Source: Anaerolinea thermophila | Lineage (GTDB): Bacteria > Chloroflexota > Anaerolineae > Anaerolineales > UBA4823 | Assembly (NCBI GenBank): GCA_020724505.1 | Contig: DYGV01000012.1 | Coordinates: 1-47,429 of the forward strand | Direction of reading: 5' to 3' | DNA: 47,429 nucleotides | Shown: piece by piece, positions 1 through 10,055 of the stretch | Layout of the letters: every line of letters starts with the position of its first letter | How positions within the stretch are numbered: the stretch's first letter is position 1 | Program-made: the position numbers and the translations under genes | Notes under the pieces: model-generated | Seen by the model: the letters and a program-made list of their open reading frames with translations, nothing else | What the model was told of the DNA's origin: nothing | Database searches by the model: none

Positions 1-1962
1 CTGATAACAGGCATAGGCTATTCGTCCATCGGTTGGGGAAACCGCCGGGTATTTCGCCTCGATAATCTCACCCGGTACATCAATGGGAAACACCTGACCC
101 AGGTCGCTCATGAATATTTTGTAGAGGAAAAACGCCTTACGATCTGTTTCATAATGCATAAAAGCTGCCCAGCTATCATCGCCCGCCCAAGAGGCGTTGC
201 CGGAAAAGGGAAAACCATCCCCTTTGATGGGCTTGATTTGTCCAGGAGAATAGATATTGAATTGGAGCAATTCCCAGCGATTTCCACTAAGATCCTGCTT
301 GCCACTGGCCAGGGCAAGCCCGCTGCTTACCGCGCAGCGCGGCACGCCGATCAATGAGTACCCCGGCCAGGTTAATGCCTGGGGCGCGCTTCCATCTTGC
401 AACCGTTTCATGTAAATGGTCTGGAAATTTGTGCGGCTGGTATCTTGCGCTTCATACATGATTGCCGTGTTGCCATCGCACCATTCCGGCCACCAGGCTA
501 GGTCATGCGTCCCATCCGTTACGACCAATGAGGGCGCGCCAAAAGCGGGATGAGCATTGGAAGGGTCTACCACATATTGTATTCCCGTGCTAGGCGAGAA
601 CCAATATTGATCGCCGCGTACCGTAACAATGTAAATTTGATCTTTCTCATCCCCACCGTGGTCAGATACAAATGCAATTTGGCTTTCAGGCAAGGCTGCA
701 AGTATAGCCCCTGCCATGGGGGGAATTGCCGCCGTGTCCGTGGGCAGCGAAACCTGGGTAGGCGTCTCACTGGGCAGAGCCGGAGCAACCGTTGGTAGGG
801 GGGTAATCGTATGGGTAGAAAGCGCTCCCGGTATCGGCTGCGTCGGTTCTGGTGTGGGCTTAGTTTGTTGTCGGACGATGAAGTTATAGATCACAATTCC
901 AGCCGCCAAAAGACCCACCAGCGCCAATCCTAAGGCAGAGACTGCAGCGATCGCCAGATTGCGCGTCGTCGCTGGAGTTGTAGGTTCATTTCTCGGCTTC
1001 GAAACGGGCAGAACCACCGGAGGCGGCGACTGCAAGGGCGATGAAGAGAGGCGTTGATAATCCGGGGCATTCGCAGTTGCCCTTCCGGAGGGGAAAGCCG
1101 GTTCGAGGGGCGCGCCGCGCATATCAATTTGGGCAGTTCTGGCCACTACCGGTGACTCGCCCTGCAACGCGTTCTGGAAAGAGCGAACACTTTGAAATCG
1201 CATTTCGCGCTTGGATTGCATGGCCTGAGTGATCGCCGCGCTGACATGAGGTGGAACTGCAGGGTTGACCTGGTGCGCAGGCTTCAGAAGCGGAGCGTTG
1301 CCGGTCATCAAGTCCACGCTGTCGGGCGGAGTTATTCCGGTGAGAAGGTGATAGAGCGTGGCGCCTAAGGCATACACATCGCTGCGCTCATCGGTTGCCC
1401 CCTGGCCATATTGCTCAGGAGGCGAGTAACCAGATGTAACCGCCCGCGCGCCGACGGTGGTGCGCATTTGAGGATTGTACAGCTTGGCAATGCCAAAATC
1501 CACTAAAACCGCTTTACCCTGGGGGGTGATGCGGATATTGGCCGGTTTAATATCTCGATGGATGATGGGAGGATCCTGCTGATGGAGATAAGATAACGCA
1601 TCGCATACCTGGCTGATCCAATGGATCACCTTTGCAGTATCGGCAGGGCGGCCTGTGCGCGAAATCCACAGATCTAAATCATCTCCTTCAATATAATCCA
1701 TCACTAGATATTGCCCCTGTCCGCTGATGATGAAATGATCGGTGACCCGAGGCAAGTTTGGATGGCTGAGGTTTGCCAGGATGCGCGCCTCGCGCACAAA
1801 CTGGCGGCTGACTTCCCCCGAAGTTTCCAGGTTTTCTTTCAGCGCGCATCCCCGATCCAGGTTAATATCCCAGGCGTAATATACCGCGCCGAAGCCACCC
1901 TGCCCCAGCAAGCGGATAATTCGATAGCGGCTATTAATCACAATGCCCGGCGCTAACGGCAT
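1..1962 (-). CDS. Hanks-type Ser/Thr protein kinase with one TM helix and a large extracytoplasmic C-terminal region; the 3' end runs off the window
   Basis: Minus-strand frame is open from ATG at 1960-1962 to position 1 (654 codons). GGAGG lies 5 nt upstream (complement of 1968-1972). Translation shows MPLAPGIVINSRYRIIRLLGQGGFGAVY (Gly loop), HRDIKPANI, DFG and GYSPPEQ. A Pro-rich linker and TM segment AIAAVSALGLALVGLLAAGIVIY follow, then more than 250 aa of ectodomain. The ORF is absent from the track because it has no stop in the window. Confidence 0.88.
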   Translation of the reverse strand, partial: MPLAPGIVINSRYRIIRLLGQGGFGAVYYAWDINLDRGCALKENLETSGEVSRQFVREARILANLSHPNLPRVTDHFIISGQGQYLVMDYIEGDDLDLWISRTGRPADTAKVIHWISQVCDALSYLHQQDPPIIHRDIKPANIRITPQGKAVLVDFGIAKLYNPQMRTTVGARAVTSGYSPPEQYGQGATDERSDVYALGATLYHLLTGITPPDSVDLMTGNAPLLKPAHQVNPAVPPHVSAAITQAMQSKREMRFQSVRSFQNALQGESPVVARTAQIDMRGAPLEPAFPSGRATANAPDYQRLSSSPLQSPPPVVLPVSKPRNEPTTPATTRNLAIAAVSALGLALVGLLAAGIVIYNFIVRQQTKPTPEPTQPIPGALSTHTITPLPTVAPALPSETPTQVSLPTDTAAIPPMAGAILAALPESQIAFVSDHGGDEKDQIYIVTVRGDQYWFSPSTGIQYVVDPSNAHPAFGAPSLVVTDGTHDLAWWPEWCDGNTAIMYEAQDTSRTNFQTIYMKRLQDGSAPQALTWPGYSLIGVPRCAVSSGLALASGKQDLSGNRWELLQFNIYSPGQIKPIKGDGFPFSGNASWAGDDSWAAFMHYETDRKAFFLYKIFMSDLGQVFPIDVPGEIIEAKYPAVSPTDGRIAYACYQ

Positions 1963-2098
1963 ACTGACCTCCTGGTATATTTCGCGGCCCAAGCATGGAC
2001 GATCTCTTTATCATCCTTAAGTCAATTTTAATTCCAAAACGGTGAAACAACTCTCATTCTGACGAATCCAGATTCACCGGGAAATCAGGCATAGCGAT

Positions 2099-2971
2099 TT
2101 ACTCATTGAAAGAAAAAGTGGACTCGGCGTAATAACGGATGGCGTTTGCTGCCATGCGCTCCATCCACCATTCATCCAACCATTCTCGTTTGCGCTCTAT
2201 CGGCCAATCCGCCATCAAAATACCTATTGGGATATTGATATTCAACGCCCTTGCAGGTATTACGTGTCGGGTGATTCCGCTGGGCACTTTGTAATCATTC
2301 ATCGCCGCATGAAGAATATCAGCAGGTTTCAAGCGCGGGAAAACCACTAAAGCGGTGATCTTGGGATAATACGGTTTTTGAATCTCCCAGATGTCATTCG
2401 ACGCTCGAAAGATATCCGCCTTCCCTCGATAAGCATCCACCAATCCGTTCAACGTTCTCAAATCCCTTTTAGCACCCTGGGGAGATCGCACCAACCGAAC
2501 TCCGCTCTCGCAAATGATGTAAGCCAGCGCCTCATCTGTTTCCAATGAGCGACGAGCTTGCTCTAATGTACAGGTTTCTAACTGCATCCCCGCCAACTGG
2601 GTTAAAGCCTGCTCAAAATCATCTAACGCCATGCCGGAGACAATATGATACCAGGTATCGAGAATCACCCCGGGATCGTCATAACTAACTACCTGCGCCA
2701 CAATATGTGGAATGCCAGCCATCGCAAATGCCAATACTCGATTGGAGCCATCCAAAACCACATATCTGCGATTCTCCTCGCCCTCTTGGCCAGACGTCGA
2801 ATCTGGAAGAGGCGCCACCACTGGCGGGTTTTTCAGGTATCCTTCTTCGAGGATCCGGCGGCTAAGCCTCTGCACCCGGCGCGGATCGTGATCCTCATGC
2901 GGCGTGAGGCGATTGACAGTCAGGACTTGCAGCACAGGAAGCGCAGTGCTGTCTTGCATACCAACCTCCAA
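2099..2971 (-). CDS. Hypothetical protein with an N-terminal ParB/sulfiredoxin-like fold
   Basis: 290-aa ORF. The N-terminal LTPHEDHDPRRVQRLSRRILEEGYLKNPPVV...VVLDGSNRVLAF resembles the ParB-N/Srx DGxxR-type motif. It sits 11 nt downstream of pfkA on the same strand. Confidence 0.45.
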   Translation of the reverse strand: MEVGMQDSTALPVLQVLTVNRLTPHEDHDPRRVQRLSRRILEEGYLKNPPVVAPLPDSTSGQEGEENRRYVVLDGSNRVLAFAMAGIPHIVAQVVSYDDPGVILDTWYHIVSGMALDDFEQALTQLAGMQLETCTLEQARRSLETDEALAYIICESGVRLVRSPQGAKRDLRTLNGLVDAYRGKADIFRASNDIWEIQKPYYPKITALVVFPRLKPADILHAAMNDYKVPSGITRHVIPARALNINIPIGILMADWPIERKREWLDEWWMERMAANAIRYYAESTFSFNE

Positions 2972-2982
2972 TGAATTCCAGG

Positions 2983-4098
2983 CTAATCGCCCAGACAGAT
3001 ACCCAAATCGCGGGCGGTCAGAATCACATCTGAATCCAATGGCACGCTCTTCATGCGCCTCGTAGCCTCTTCCAGAGGCACATATCGCACAGTTGGCGGA
3101 TCCAACGCGACCATCACACCTCGTTGACCGTTCTCCAGCGCGCGGACAGCAGCTGCCCCAAACCGTTGGGCGATCAAGCGATCAAAAGAGGTAGGCGAAC
3201 CGCCGCGTAAGAGATGCCCCAGAACGACCAGCCGGGTCTCTTTACCCGTCAACTCTTGCAATTGTTGGGCGACCTTTTCCCCAATGCCGCCCAACCGCTC
3301 TGCTCGGCCAACCTCTCTACTGATTACAGAAACGGATCCACCCTGTGGCTTTGCCCCTTCTGCCACCACGACGATTGAAAAATTCCTTCCTTGCCTCTCT
3401 CGGTCGAGGATTTTCTGCGCCACTTTATTCAAATCGTAGGGGATTTCAGGAATCAAAATGGCATCTGCCGAGCCGGAGATGCCGCTTTCCAGGGCGATCC
3501 AGCCGGCGTAACGCCCCATGACTTCGACGACGATTACTCGCCGATGCGAGGCGGCGGTGGTGTGTAAACGGTCCAGGCATTCGGTCGTGAAGGACACCGC
3601 AGTGTCGAAACCAAACGTGATGACCGTACCGTCCAAATCATTGTCAATGGTTTTGGGCACCCCTACCACCCACAGCCCTTTCTGAGAAAGGACATTTGCG
3701 ATCGTCATAGAGCCATCCCCGCCGACGGAGATCAAAGCATCCAGGCCGCGCATCAGAAAAGCGCGAATTAATTCATCCGAACGATCAACCTCTACGACAG
3801 AACCATCCAATTGCCTGACCGGAAATTTAAGCGGGTTATCCCGATTTGTAGTACCTAAAATAGTTCCACCTAGATGAGTAATTCCACGCACACGGTCGCG
3901 CGTCAAGCGGATGAGACCGCCCTCGATAAATTGCTCCGGCATCAACAAACCGTTGAAGCCATCTCGAATGCCATAAACTTCCCAACCGCGATTCAAAGCT
4001 GCCAACACCGCAGCGCGAATGACGGCGTTCAAACCAGGCGCGTCTCCACCGCCAGTGGTGATCGCAATCCGCTTGATCTCGCTCGTTTGCGCGTGCAT
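2983..4098 (-). CDS. pfkA: ATP-dependent 6-phosphofructokinase
   Basis: 371 aa with TTGGGDAPGLNAVIRA, SVGGDGSMT (GGDGS is typical of the ATP-dependent type), PKTIDNDL and MGRYAGWIA motifs. Confidence 0.9.
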   Translation of the reverse strand: MHAQTSEIKRIAITTGGGDAPGLNAVIRAAVLAALNRGWEVYGIRDGFNGLLMPEQFIEGGLIRLTRDRVRGITHLGGTILGTTNRDNPLKFPVRQLDGSVVEVDRSDELIRAFLMRGLDALISVGGDGSMTIANVLSQKGLWVVGVPKTIDNDLDGTVITFGFDTAVSFTTECLDRLHTTAASHRRVIVVEVMGRYAGWIALESGISGSADAILIPEIPYDLNKVAQKILDRERQGRNFSIVVVAEGAKPQGGSVSVISREVGRAERLGGIGEKVAQQLQELTGKETRLVVLGHLLRGGSPTSFDRLIAQRFGAAAVRALENGQRGVMVALDPPTVRYVPLEEATRRMKSVPLDSDVILTARDLGICLGD

Positions 4099-4549
4099 GT
4101 GCTTTTCCCTTAATTTGACTCAAGCGGCACCTGAGCGCATCGAGGCGCGCCAGATGTCATTTTATATCACCCGTATCACTGCGAGAGACCGTTGTGCATT
4201 CTCTCGAACTTGCCTATATAGGCACTATTTCCTTATCTATACGATTATACATTGCTCTGATAACCTTGCCTGAAGATTAAAATGTCAATCCCTGATGGAG
4301 GCAGCTTTTTGATCGCTCAAACAGGGCGAAGCCTATTCGCAATATGACAAATGTCATACCTCACACATGACATTTGACACATGAAATCAGACTGCCAACT
4401 TCGTATGATGGTATTGGACAATTGAATATGCCGGAGTAATCCAGACAATTGCTGGCAAGTATCCTAACCTTCGAGTTAGAGAAGCGGAAAGAGCTCAAAT
4501 GCCAGGTAGAACCTGAATGTAACAGGAGAAGGATTACTCCGGCAATTTT

Positions 4550-6277
4550 TCATTCATCCAGTGCCCCAACCTCGCCCAAATAGCCCATCTCAACCAGACC
4601 ATCGAGGATTTTCTCAAGCGCGCCCTGCTTTACAACAATCGCAGTTGGGCTTAGCGTCTCTCCCAAATATCGCGCTAACCGAGTTTTTCGCAACCGATCT
4701 ATCAATTCCGGTTGTTTCACCCGAAGCACCAGCAACTGATCCACACGCGCTGCGCTTCCTTCAGCTTCCCAGCGTTCCAAAGCCTGGATCAGTTTTGGCG
4801 GCGCTGGCTGCGCATGTCGCAGAAGCAGTCCTCTCAATTGTGACACCCGTAATCCCTGCCTTTGCGCCCTCGTCAGAGATTTCGGCGATATACGATAATG
4901 ATAAAAATCCTGGGAAATGCCCTCCCATTCCGCAAAACGCGCTGCCTGATAACGGATTGATCTTCTGGTAAGCGCCGGAATTCTCAACCTCCCTGCTGCG
5001 ACGACTTGAAAGTGATCGCTCTCGGGCTTCAGTCCTGGCGGCGCAGAGAGGCTGAGCAGATGCTGCGCCCAACGGCTGAAACGAAATGAAGTCGCGACCG
5101 GCGTTTTTCCCACCTCAGGTGCAGCCGGCAGGCCGAGATCCACAATGCCCAACCAATACAACGGTCCACCAATCATGAAGCGGATTAATTCCCCCTCAAT
5201 ATTATCCCAATGCTCAAATCCACGCAGATATTCACCGCTGGTTAAATCTCTTAAATACCAGCTATCGTATTCCCCAGCAGAACGCAGAAAATCCGCTTCG
5301 GTTTGCCGAACGGCGTTCACCAGCGAGCTCAAACTCCAAAAAGGTCGTGCCGAAGGGTCATCTCCTTCGGTCAATGCCCCTGGAATAGTGGATAGAAAAT
5401 CCAGGATTGCGCTGCGTGCGCGCAAAGGATCGTTCTTCCATTCCCCTTCTGCCGCTAAGGATGGGATTTGGAATAAATCGTTGAAAACTGCGCTGCGCAA
5501 CCAAGCGCGCGTCAGCCACAATAGGGCCTCGCCCCGCTCTGCTTCTAAGAAACGACGAACTGCATCCGGCTGAGGCGCGCCGCGTTCATCCAGCAATTGC
5601 GCCTCAGCCAGCAAAATCTGAAGGGCATCCAATGTGAGCGGATAAGGGAGAAATGGGTTCGCAACCAGAAAATAACTCGAAGCTTCACCGGCATGGCGCG
5701 GCAGGCCTTTCTCCCGCTCTCCACTGCGTAACGCCACCAGCAAGGTACAGGCGTCATCCAAAATATGATCGTTCGACGGAATCACATAAGATCTTTCCGC
5801 TGGCGTTGCCAGCCGACCCATTGGCGATTTTCTTTGCACATCTGCGATTGGGATGAAAGGAAGCAAATCCTCAGGGATGTAGGCAAATTCTTGCGGACCA
5901 AAAGGGGTGTCGAAAAAACCTCGTCCCACCAAACCACGATACCAAAGCGCCTCTGCTGTGCTGGCGTGCGAGTTGAGATAGGGCTTCTCGCGATCTCGCC
6001 GGGCTGCCCCCATCTCTCTCACCGCCCCGTAACGCCTCTCGAAAACCGCCCAGGGTAAGCGGCCTTCGTTGTGCGCCAGCTCACCAAGCGCCACGCGCGC
6101 GCCCTCCGGCAATATTGCCAAACATTCGTTTACCGTCTTTTCATTGAGCAAAAGCGACGTCAAACGCTGTACGCCCACACGAGCATCCGGCGCGCTAAAT
6201 TCAATCCCCCATAATTCGGCAATAATCTTCAAGTGACCCAGGTCGCGCCCCTGTAAGCTTTGTACTAGATCCGGCAT
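4550..6277 (-). CDS. Hypothetical protein; the C-terminal region resembles the XPB/Ssl2 N-terminal (Helicase_C_3-type) domain
   Basis: The track ORF 4550..6499 overlaps the upstream gene by about 210 nt. The internal ATG at 6275-6277 (MPDLVQSLQGR...) lies 11 nt after that gene's stop and removes the overlap. The C-terminal pattern YRISPKSLTRAQRQGLRVSQLRGLLLRHAQPAPPKLIQALERWEAEG...LLVLRVKQPELIDRL...LDGLVEMGYL matches my memory of the XPB-N domain layout. Confidence 0.5.
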   Translation of the reverse strand: MPDLVQSLQGRDLGHLKIIAELWGIEFSAPDARVGVQRLTSLLLNEKTVNECLAILPEGARVALGELAHNEGRLPWAVFERRYGAVREMGAARRDREKPYLNSHASTAEALWYRGLVGRGFFDTPFGPQEFAYIPEDLLPFIPIADVQRKSPMGRLATPAERSYVIPSNDHILDDACTLLVALRSGEREKGLPRHAGEASSYFLVANPFLPYPLTLDALQILLAEAQLLDERGAPQPDAVRRFLEAERGEALLWLTRAWLRSAVFNDLFQIPSLAAEGEWKNDPLRARSAILDFLSTIPGALTEGDDPSARPFWSLSSLVNAVRQTEADFLRSAGEYDSWYLRDLTSGEYLRGFEHWDNIEGELIRFMIGGPLYWLGIVDLGLPAAPEVGKTPVATSFRFSRWAQHLLSLSAPPGLKPESDHFQVVAAGRLRIPALTRRSIRYQAARFAEWEGISQDFYHYRISPKSLTRAQRQGLRVSQLRGLLLRHAQPAPPKLIQALERWEAEGSAARVDQLLVLRVKQPELIDRLRKTRLARYLGETLSPTAIVVKQGALEKILDGLVEMGYLGEVGALDE

Positions 6278-6288
6278 ATTGCCATAAA

Positions 6289-7206
6289 TTATGCCACTAC
6301 TTCGAGCTGCCCAGGCAAAATGTTGACCTCCAATTGGTGAACATCCACTCCCCAACCGGCAAATATTTCCCCATCGGCGTGAATCACCAAGGGGCGATCT
6401 GCCTGGATGGACATGCGTTGAAATTCTCCCAGATGAACCTGGCTGAAACGGCCATGGCTTCCACGCATTACTTCGGGTAAAAGACGAAACATCATCCATC
6501 GCGAAACGCGATCAATACCGGCGTAATGCAGCACGCCATCGTCCACGCGGGCTGCGGGTTGAACGTAGAAACCACCTCCTTCGCGTCCGCCATTACACAA
6601 CACCAACAACAACATCCGCCGTTCCCATTTTTCCAGCTCAGTTTCCACCTTGAAATTCGGCGCTTCGTGGTTAAGTAGAATGGTCTGAATCACTGCCAGC
6701 AAATAAACCAGAAAACCCCGCAGTATACGAAAGCGCCGTGAACGGATCGTTACCGTTGCGTCGAAACCAATGCCCAACGTATTCGCCCAATATTCCTGCC
6801 GACCCAAATTATCTTGCAAGACCCCCACATCCACGCGCTTAGGCTTTCCGGTAAAAATTTGTCTCAAGGCTTGATAAGGATCGCGCGGCATCCCCACTGT
6901 GAAGGCAAAGTCATTGCCCGAGCCCAGTGGCACCACACCCAAACGCGGGCGTAGTTCGGGCGGCAACTGCATCAACCCATTCACCACTTCGTGCGTGGTG
7001 CCGTCTCCTCCCGCAGCAATGACTAACTCATAACCCTGTTCCCCAGCCAAGCGCGCCAGCTCCATGGCATGGGTGGGATAAACGGTTCCAGCCCAATCTG
7101 CCCCGCCATATTCCTCCACCACCGGGCGTAAATCACGCGCCGCGATCCAGGCGCGACCCAAATCCGCATTGGGGTTTACGATCAGTTTTACTCGATGCAG
7201 CGGCAT
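6289..7206 (-). CDS. Diacylglycerol-kinase-family lipid kinase (YegS/BmrU-like)
   Basis: AAGGDGTTHEVVNGL and VVPLGSGNDFA motifs of the DAGK catalytic domain. The ATG at 7204-7206 is preceded by GGAGAAG, so I prefer it over the TTG at 7218. Confidence 0.85.
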   Translation of the reverse strand: MPLHRVKLIVNPNADLGRAWIAARDLRPVVEEYGGADWAGTVYPTHAMELARLAGEQGYELVIAAGGDGTTHEVVNGLMQLPPELRPRLGVVPLGSGNDFAFTVGMPRDPYQALRQIFTGKPKRVDVGVLQDNLGRQEYWANTLGIGFDATVTIRSRRFRILRGFLVYLLAVIQTILLNHEAPNFKVETELEKWERRMLLLVLCNGGREGGGFYVQPAARVDDGVLHYAGIDRVSRWMMFRLLPEVMRGSHGRFSQVHLGEFQRMSIQADRPLVIHADGEIFAGWGVDVHQLEVNILPGQLEVVA

Positions 7207-7289
7207 AGTCTTCTCCAAAGCAAGAATAAAATATTCAATCGGAACAGCCTTATGAACTGTTCTTCTCTAATTGCAGCTAGAAATAGGCT

Positions 7290-8057
7290 TTAATAGCGGG
7301 CTTTCAGCGTTGAAGCTGGCAACGCCACTTGTCCTTCTTCGGGATCGCCGAGCAAGGTGATCTGATCGGGGTGAAAAGCGGCTTGCCAGGCAATATACGC
7401 AGCAATCAGCGCATCTAACTCGCCTGGTGAATACAATGTCTCCAGGGGTAAAACACCGTTCATCAGGCGATGTCGCGTAATTTCTTCAAAGATGCGCATG
7501 GGGTCCGGCACATCTACCTGAAATTCATACAAGATCAATTGACGTTGGATTCGTCCTTCCAGGCTATATTTGGGTAGCGGACGGGAGCCAATCAGCGCCG
7601 CATACCCTGCATACGGATAGACTTCCAGGCTTTGTCTCTCAGCGCCGTCCTTTGGGTAAGCAACATAGCCCAATGCTTCCAGACGGCGAAATAAGGTGAA
7701 GCCATTGCGCATCCAATTGGGCGCGCTGGACTCATCCGCCGGAGTCTGAGGGATGCTGAAGTTATGCTGGCGCAGCAGGTAATCTGCCAGGCGGAAGTTC
7801 TCCCATCGCCCCGGATTAGGAGGAGGGTTCAACGATTGTCGCACCTCAGGCCGCGCCATCACCCCCTGATTCGCGCGCCGCGGGGCGCATACCGCCAAAA
7901 TAGCCTGGCGTTGACCTGCAGCAAACGCTAATACATCTTCCATGCTGCCATGATCCAAAGCCAGCAACCGCTTCTCATGATCTAAAGCCGCGTAAACGAA
8001 GGGTTTCTCCCCTGCCGTTGGATCCACCCCGATAAAAGATGAGCTTGCGAACAGCAT
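7290..8057 (-). CDS. Hypothetical protein (possibly an RNase-H-like fold); function unknown
   Basis: 255-aa ORF with an AAGGA RBS upstream of the ATG at 8055-8057. No motif that I can assign confidently. Confidence 0.5.
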   Translation of the reverse strand: MLFASSSFIGVDPTAGEKPFVYAALDHEKRLLALDHGSMEDVLAFAAGQRQAILAVCAPRRANQGVMARPEVRQSLNPPPNPGRWENFRLADYLLRQHNFSIPQTPADESSAPNWMRNGFTLFRRLEALGYVAYPKDGAERQSLEVYPYAGYAALIGSRPLPKYSLEGRIQRQLILYEFQVDVPDPMRIFEEITRHRLMNGVLPLETLYSPGELDALIAAYIAWQAAFHPDQITLLGDPEEGQVALPASTLKARY

Positions 8058-8229
8058 TTTTGTCCTTTATAGTCCAGCGCTAATCCCGGAAGAATGGTGC
8101 AAAATTATTAAAGCTATATGAGCAACCTTTGTCAAGCCCCAATTCATCGCCGACGCGCAAGAAGTTGCCGGGGCATTTGCCGATAAAAATCTATGGAAAA
8201 TTATCACGCCATTTACCAGACAACCTTCT

Positions 8230-8258
8230 TTGACGGAATGCGTGCAATATACTATACT
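8230..8258 (+). promoter_or_regulatory. Sigma70-like promoter candidate for the aldehyde dehydrogenase/CoA-transferase operon
   Basis: TTGACG (8230-8235), a 17-nt spacer, then TATACT (8253-8258), 119 nt upstream of the ATG at 8377. Confidence 0.35.
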
Positions 8259-8376
8259 ATATTTAGGCTTCGAGTCTTTGTCTTCCACTTCAGCGATCGC
8301 AGCCACATTTCTGTCATTTCACAGATCCATAGACTTTGGCGAAAACCGTCTTACCGAATTCCTCAAGGAGAAACCT

Positions 8377-9944
8377 ATGACCGAAAAATTCAAACTGACC
8401 TATGCCACCATGTTCAACCCCCCTGAAGAACTACACACCCAATTCGAAACGGCGTTAGCAAAGACTCGGGCGAAACTGGGCGCAGAATATGGGATGATCA
8501 TCAATGGCAAAGACGTCTTTGCAGACGAAAAGTTTGAAGACCGCACGCCGATCAACACCGATGTCGTTCTGGCAGTGATGCAGAAAGGCAATGAAAAACA
8601 CGCTCAGGCAGCGCTCGATGCCGCCCGCAAAGCCTTTCCGATCTGGAGCGGTATGGCATGGCAAGAACGCGTCCGATTGCTGAACAAGGCTGCGGATATA
8701 ATCGAGGAGCGCATCTTCGAACTGGGCGCTGCTATGGCGCTGGAGGTTGGGAAGAATAGAATGGAATCTTTGGGCGATGTCCAGGAAACCGCAGACCTGG
8801 TACGCTACGCCTGCTATCAGATGGAAAAGAATGACGGATATATTGTCGAAATGGGCAAAGACCCGCTGATCGGATACAACGCCACCAACATCTCGATGTT
8901 GCGACCTTATGGCTTGTCATTAGCCCATTCAACTTCCCGGCTGCGTTGACAGGCGGCCCGGTTGGCGCAGCATTGGTCACTGGCAACACCGTAGTGATGA
9001 AGCCCGCCACCGATACACCCTGGATTGTACGCTTGCTGGCGGAGTGCTTCCGCGACGCAGGTCTGCCAGAAGGGGTGGTTAATTTCGTTACCGGGCCCGG
9101 TCGCACGCTTGGACAGGCGCTCATCGAAAGCCCCGAGGTGGATGGCGTTACCTTTACGGGTTCCTATGATGTCGGCATGAAGATCTTCCGCGATTTCGCC
9201 GCCAGAAAATGGGTGCACCCCACCATTCTGGAGTTGGGCGGGAAGAACCCGGCCATTGTTTCACGCCATGCAGATCTTGAACGCGCGGCTACTGGCATTG
9301 TACGTTCTGCTTTCGGGCTTCAAGGGCAGAAATGTTCAGCATGCTCACGTGTCTATATTGAAGAACCGGTTTATGACGCGCTGGTCGAAAAGCTCGTCGC
9401 TCTGACCCAAAAACTCACCATTGGCGATCCAACCGACCGAGCCGTTTTCCTGGGGCCCGTGATTAACCAGAATTCTTATAATGATTACAAGCACTTCTGC
9501 GAAGAACTTTCGCAGGCTGGCGAAATCCTGACCGGCGGCAAGGTGTTGACCGACGGCGAATTCGCCAAGGGGTACTTCTGCACCCCCACTCTGGTGGCGA
9601 ATGTTCCGCTAACCCACCGATTATGGAAGTATGAGATGTTCCTGCCCATCACCACGATTGCTAAAGTGGAAAACCTGGAACAGGCAATGAGAGAAGCCAA
9701 TGACGTAGACTATGGGCTGACAGCAGGTTTCTATGGCAGCAAGGAAGAGGTCAAATGGTTCTTCCAGAACATCCAGGCTGGCGTAACATATGCCAACCGA
9801 CCGCAGGGTGCTACCACTGGCGCCTGGCCCGGCTTCCAACCCTTTGGCGGATGGAAAGGCTCTGGATCGAGCGGTAAGAACGCTGGCGGTCATTATTATT
9901 TGCCGCTGTACATGCACGAGCAGATTCAGACGCTGATTGATTGA
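8377..9944 (+). pseudogene. 1-pyrroline-5-carboxylate (glutamate-semialdehyde) dehydrogenase-type aldehyde dehydrogenase, reading frame broken near 8908-8913
   Basis: AAGGAG RBS, then ATG 8377 (MTEKFKLTYATMFNPPEEL...). Frame 1 reads ...NISMLRPYG and then hits a stop at 8947-8949. The sequence continues in another frame from 8910 as WLVISPFNFPAALTGGPVGAALVTGNTVVMKPA...ELGGKNP...FGLQGQKCSACSR (catalytic Glu and Cys motifs). Confidence 0.8.
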
Positions 9945-10006
9945 GTCGGGTAACCAACACTTACAGCGAAATCAGGCTGAGAAATTCGAAACTAGGCAAA
10001 AGTTTC

Positions 10007-10036
10007 CCTCCGGGAGGATCATCACCCTCCCGGAGG
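10007..10036 (+). terminator. GC-rich hairpin downstream of the dehydrogenase (possible terminator or attenuator; no T-tract)
   Basis: CCTCCGGGAGG (10007-10017) pairs with CCTCCCGGAGG (10026-10036), leaving an 8-nt loop. It lies 62 nt after the stop at 9944 and 20 nt before the next start. Confidence 0.3.
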
Positions 10037-10055
10037 CATACTCTATGAGGGTCGC

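Noticed and set aside
4429-4544. The inverted-repeat element as SRP (4.5S) RNA
   Set aside because: The size is about right, but I could not find the conserved domain IV loop sequences (GGAA tetraloop flanked by the AGCA/GNAR asymmetric loops) in a consistent fold. It is left as an unassigned structured element.
6278-6499. N-terminal 74-codon extension of the 649-aa ORF 4550..6499
   Set aside because: It overlaps the 3' end of the well-supported lipid-kinase gene in another frame and has Arg/Gly/Ser/Trp-rich shadow composition. An ATG at 6275-6277 lies 11 nt after that gene's stop.
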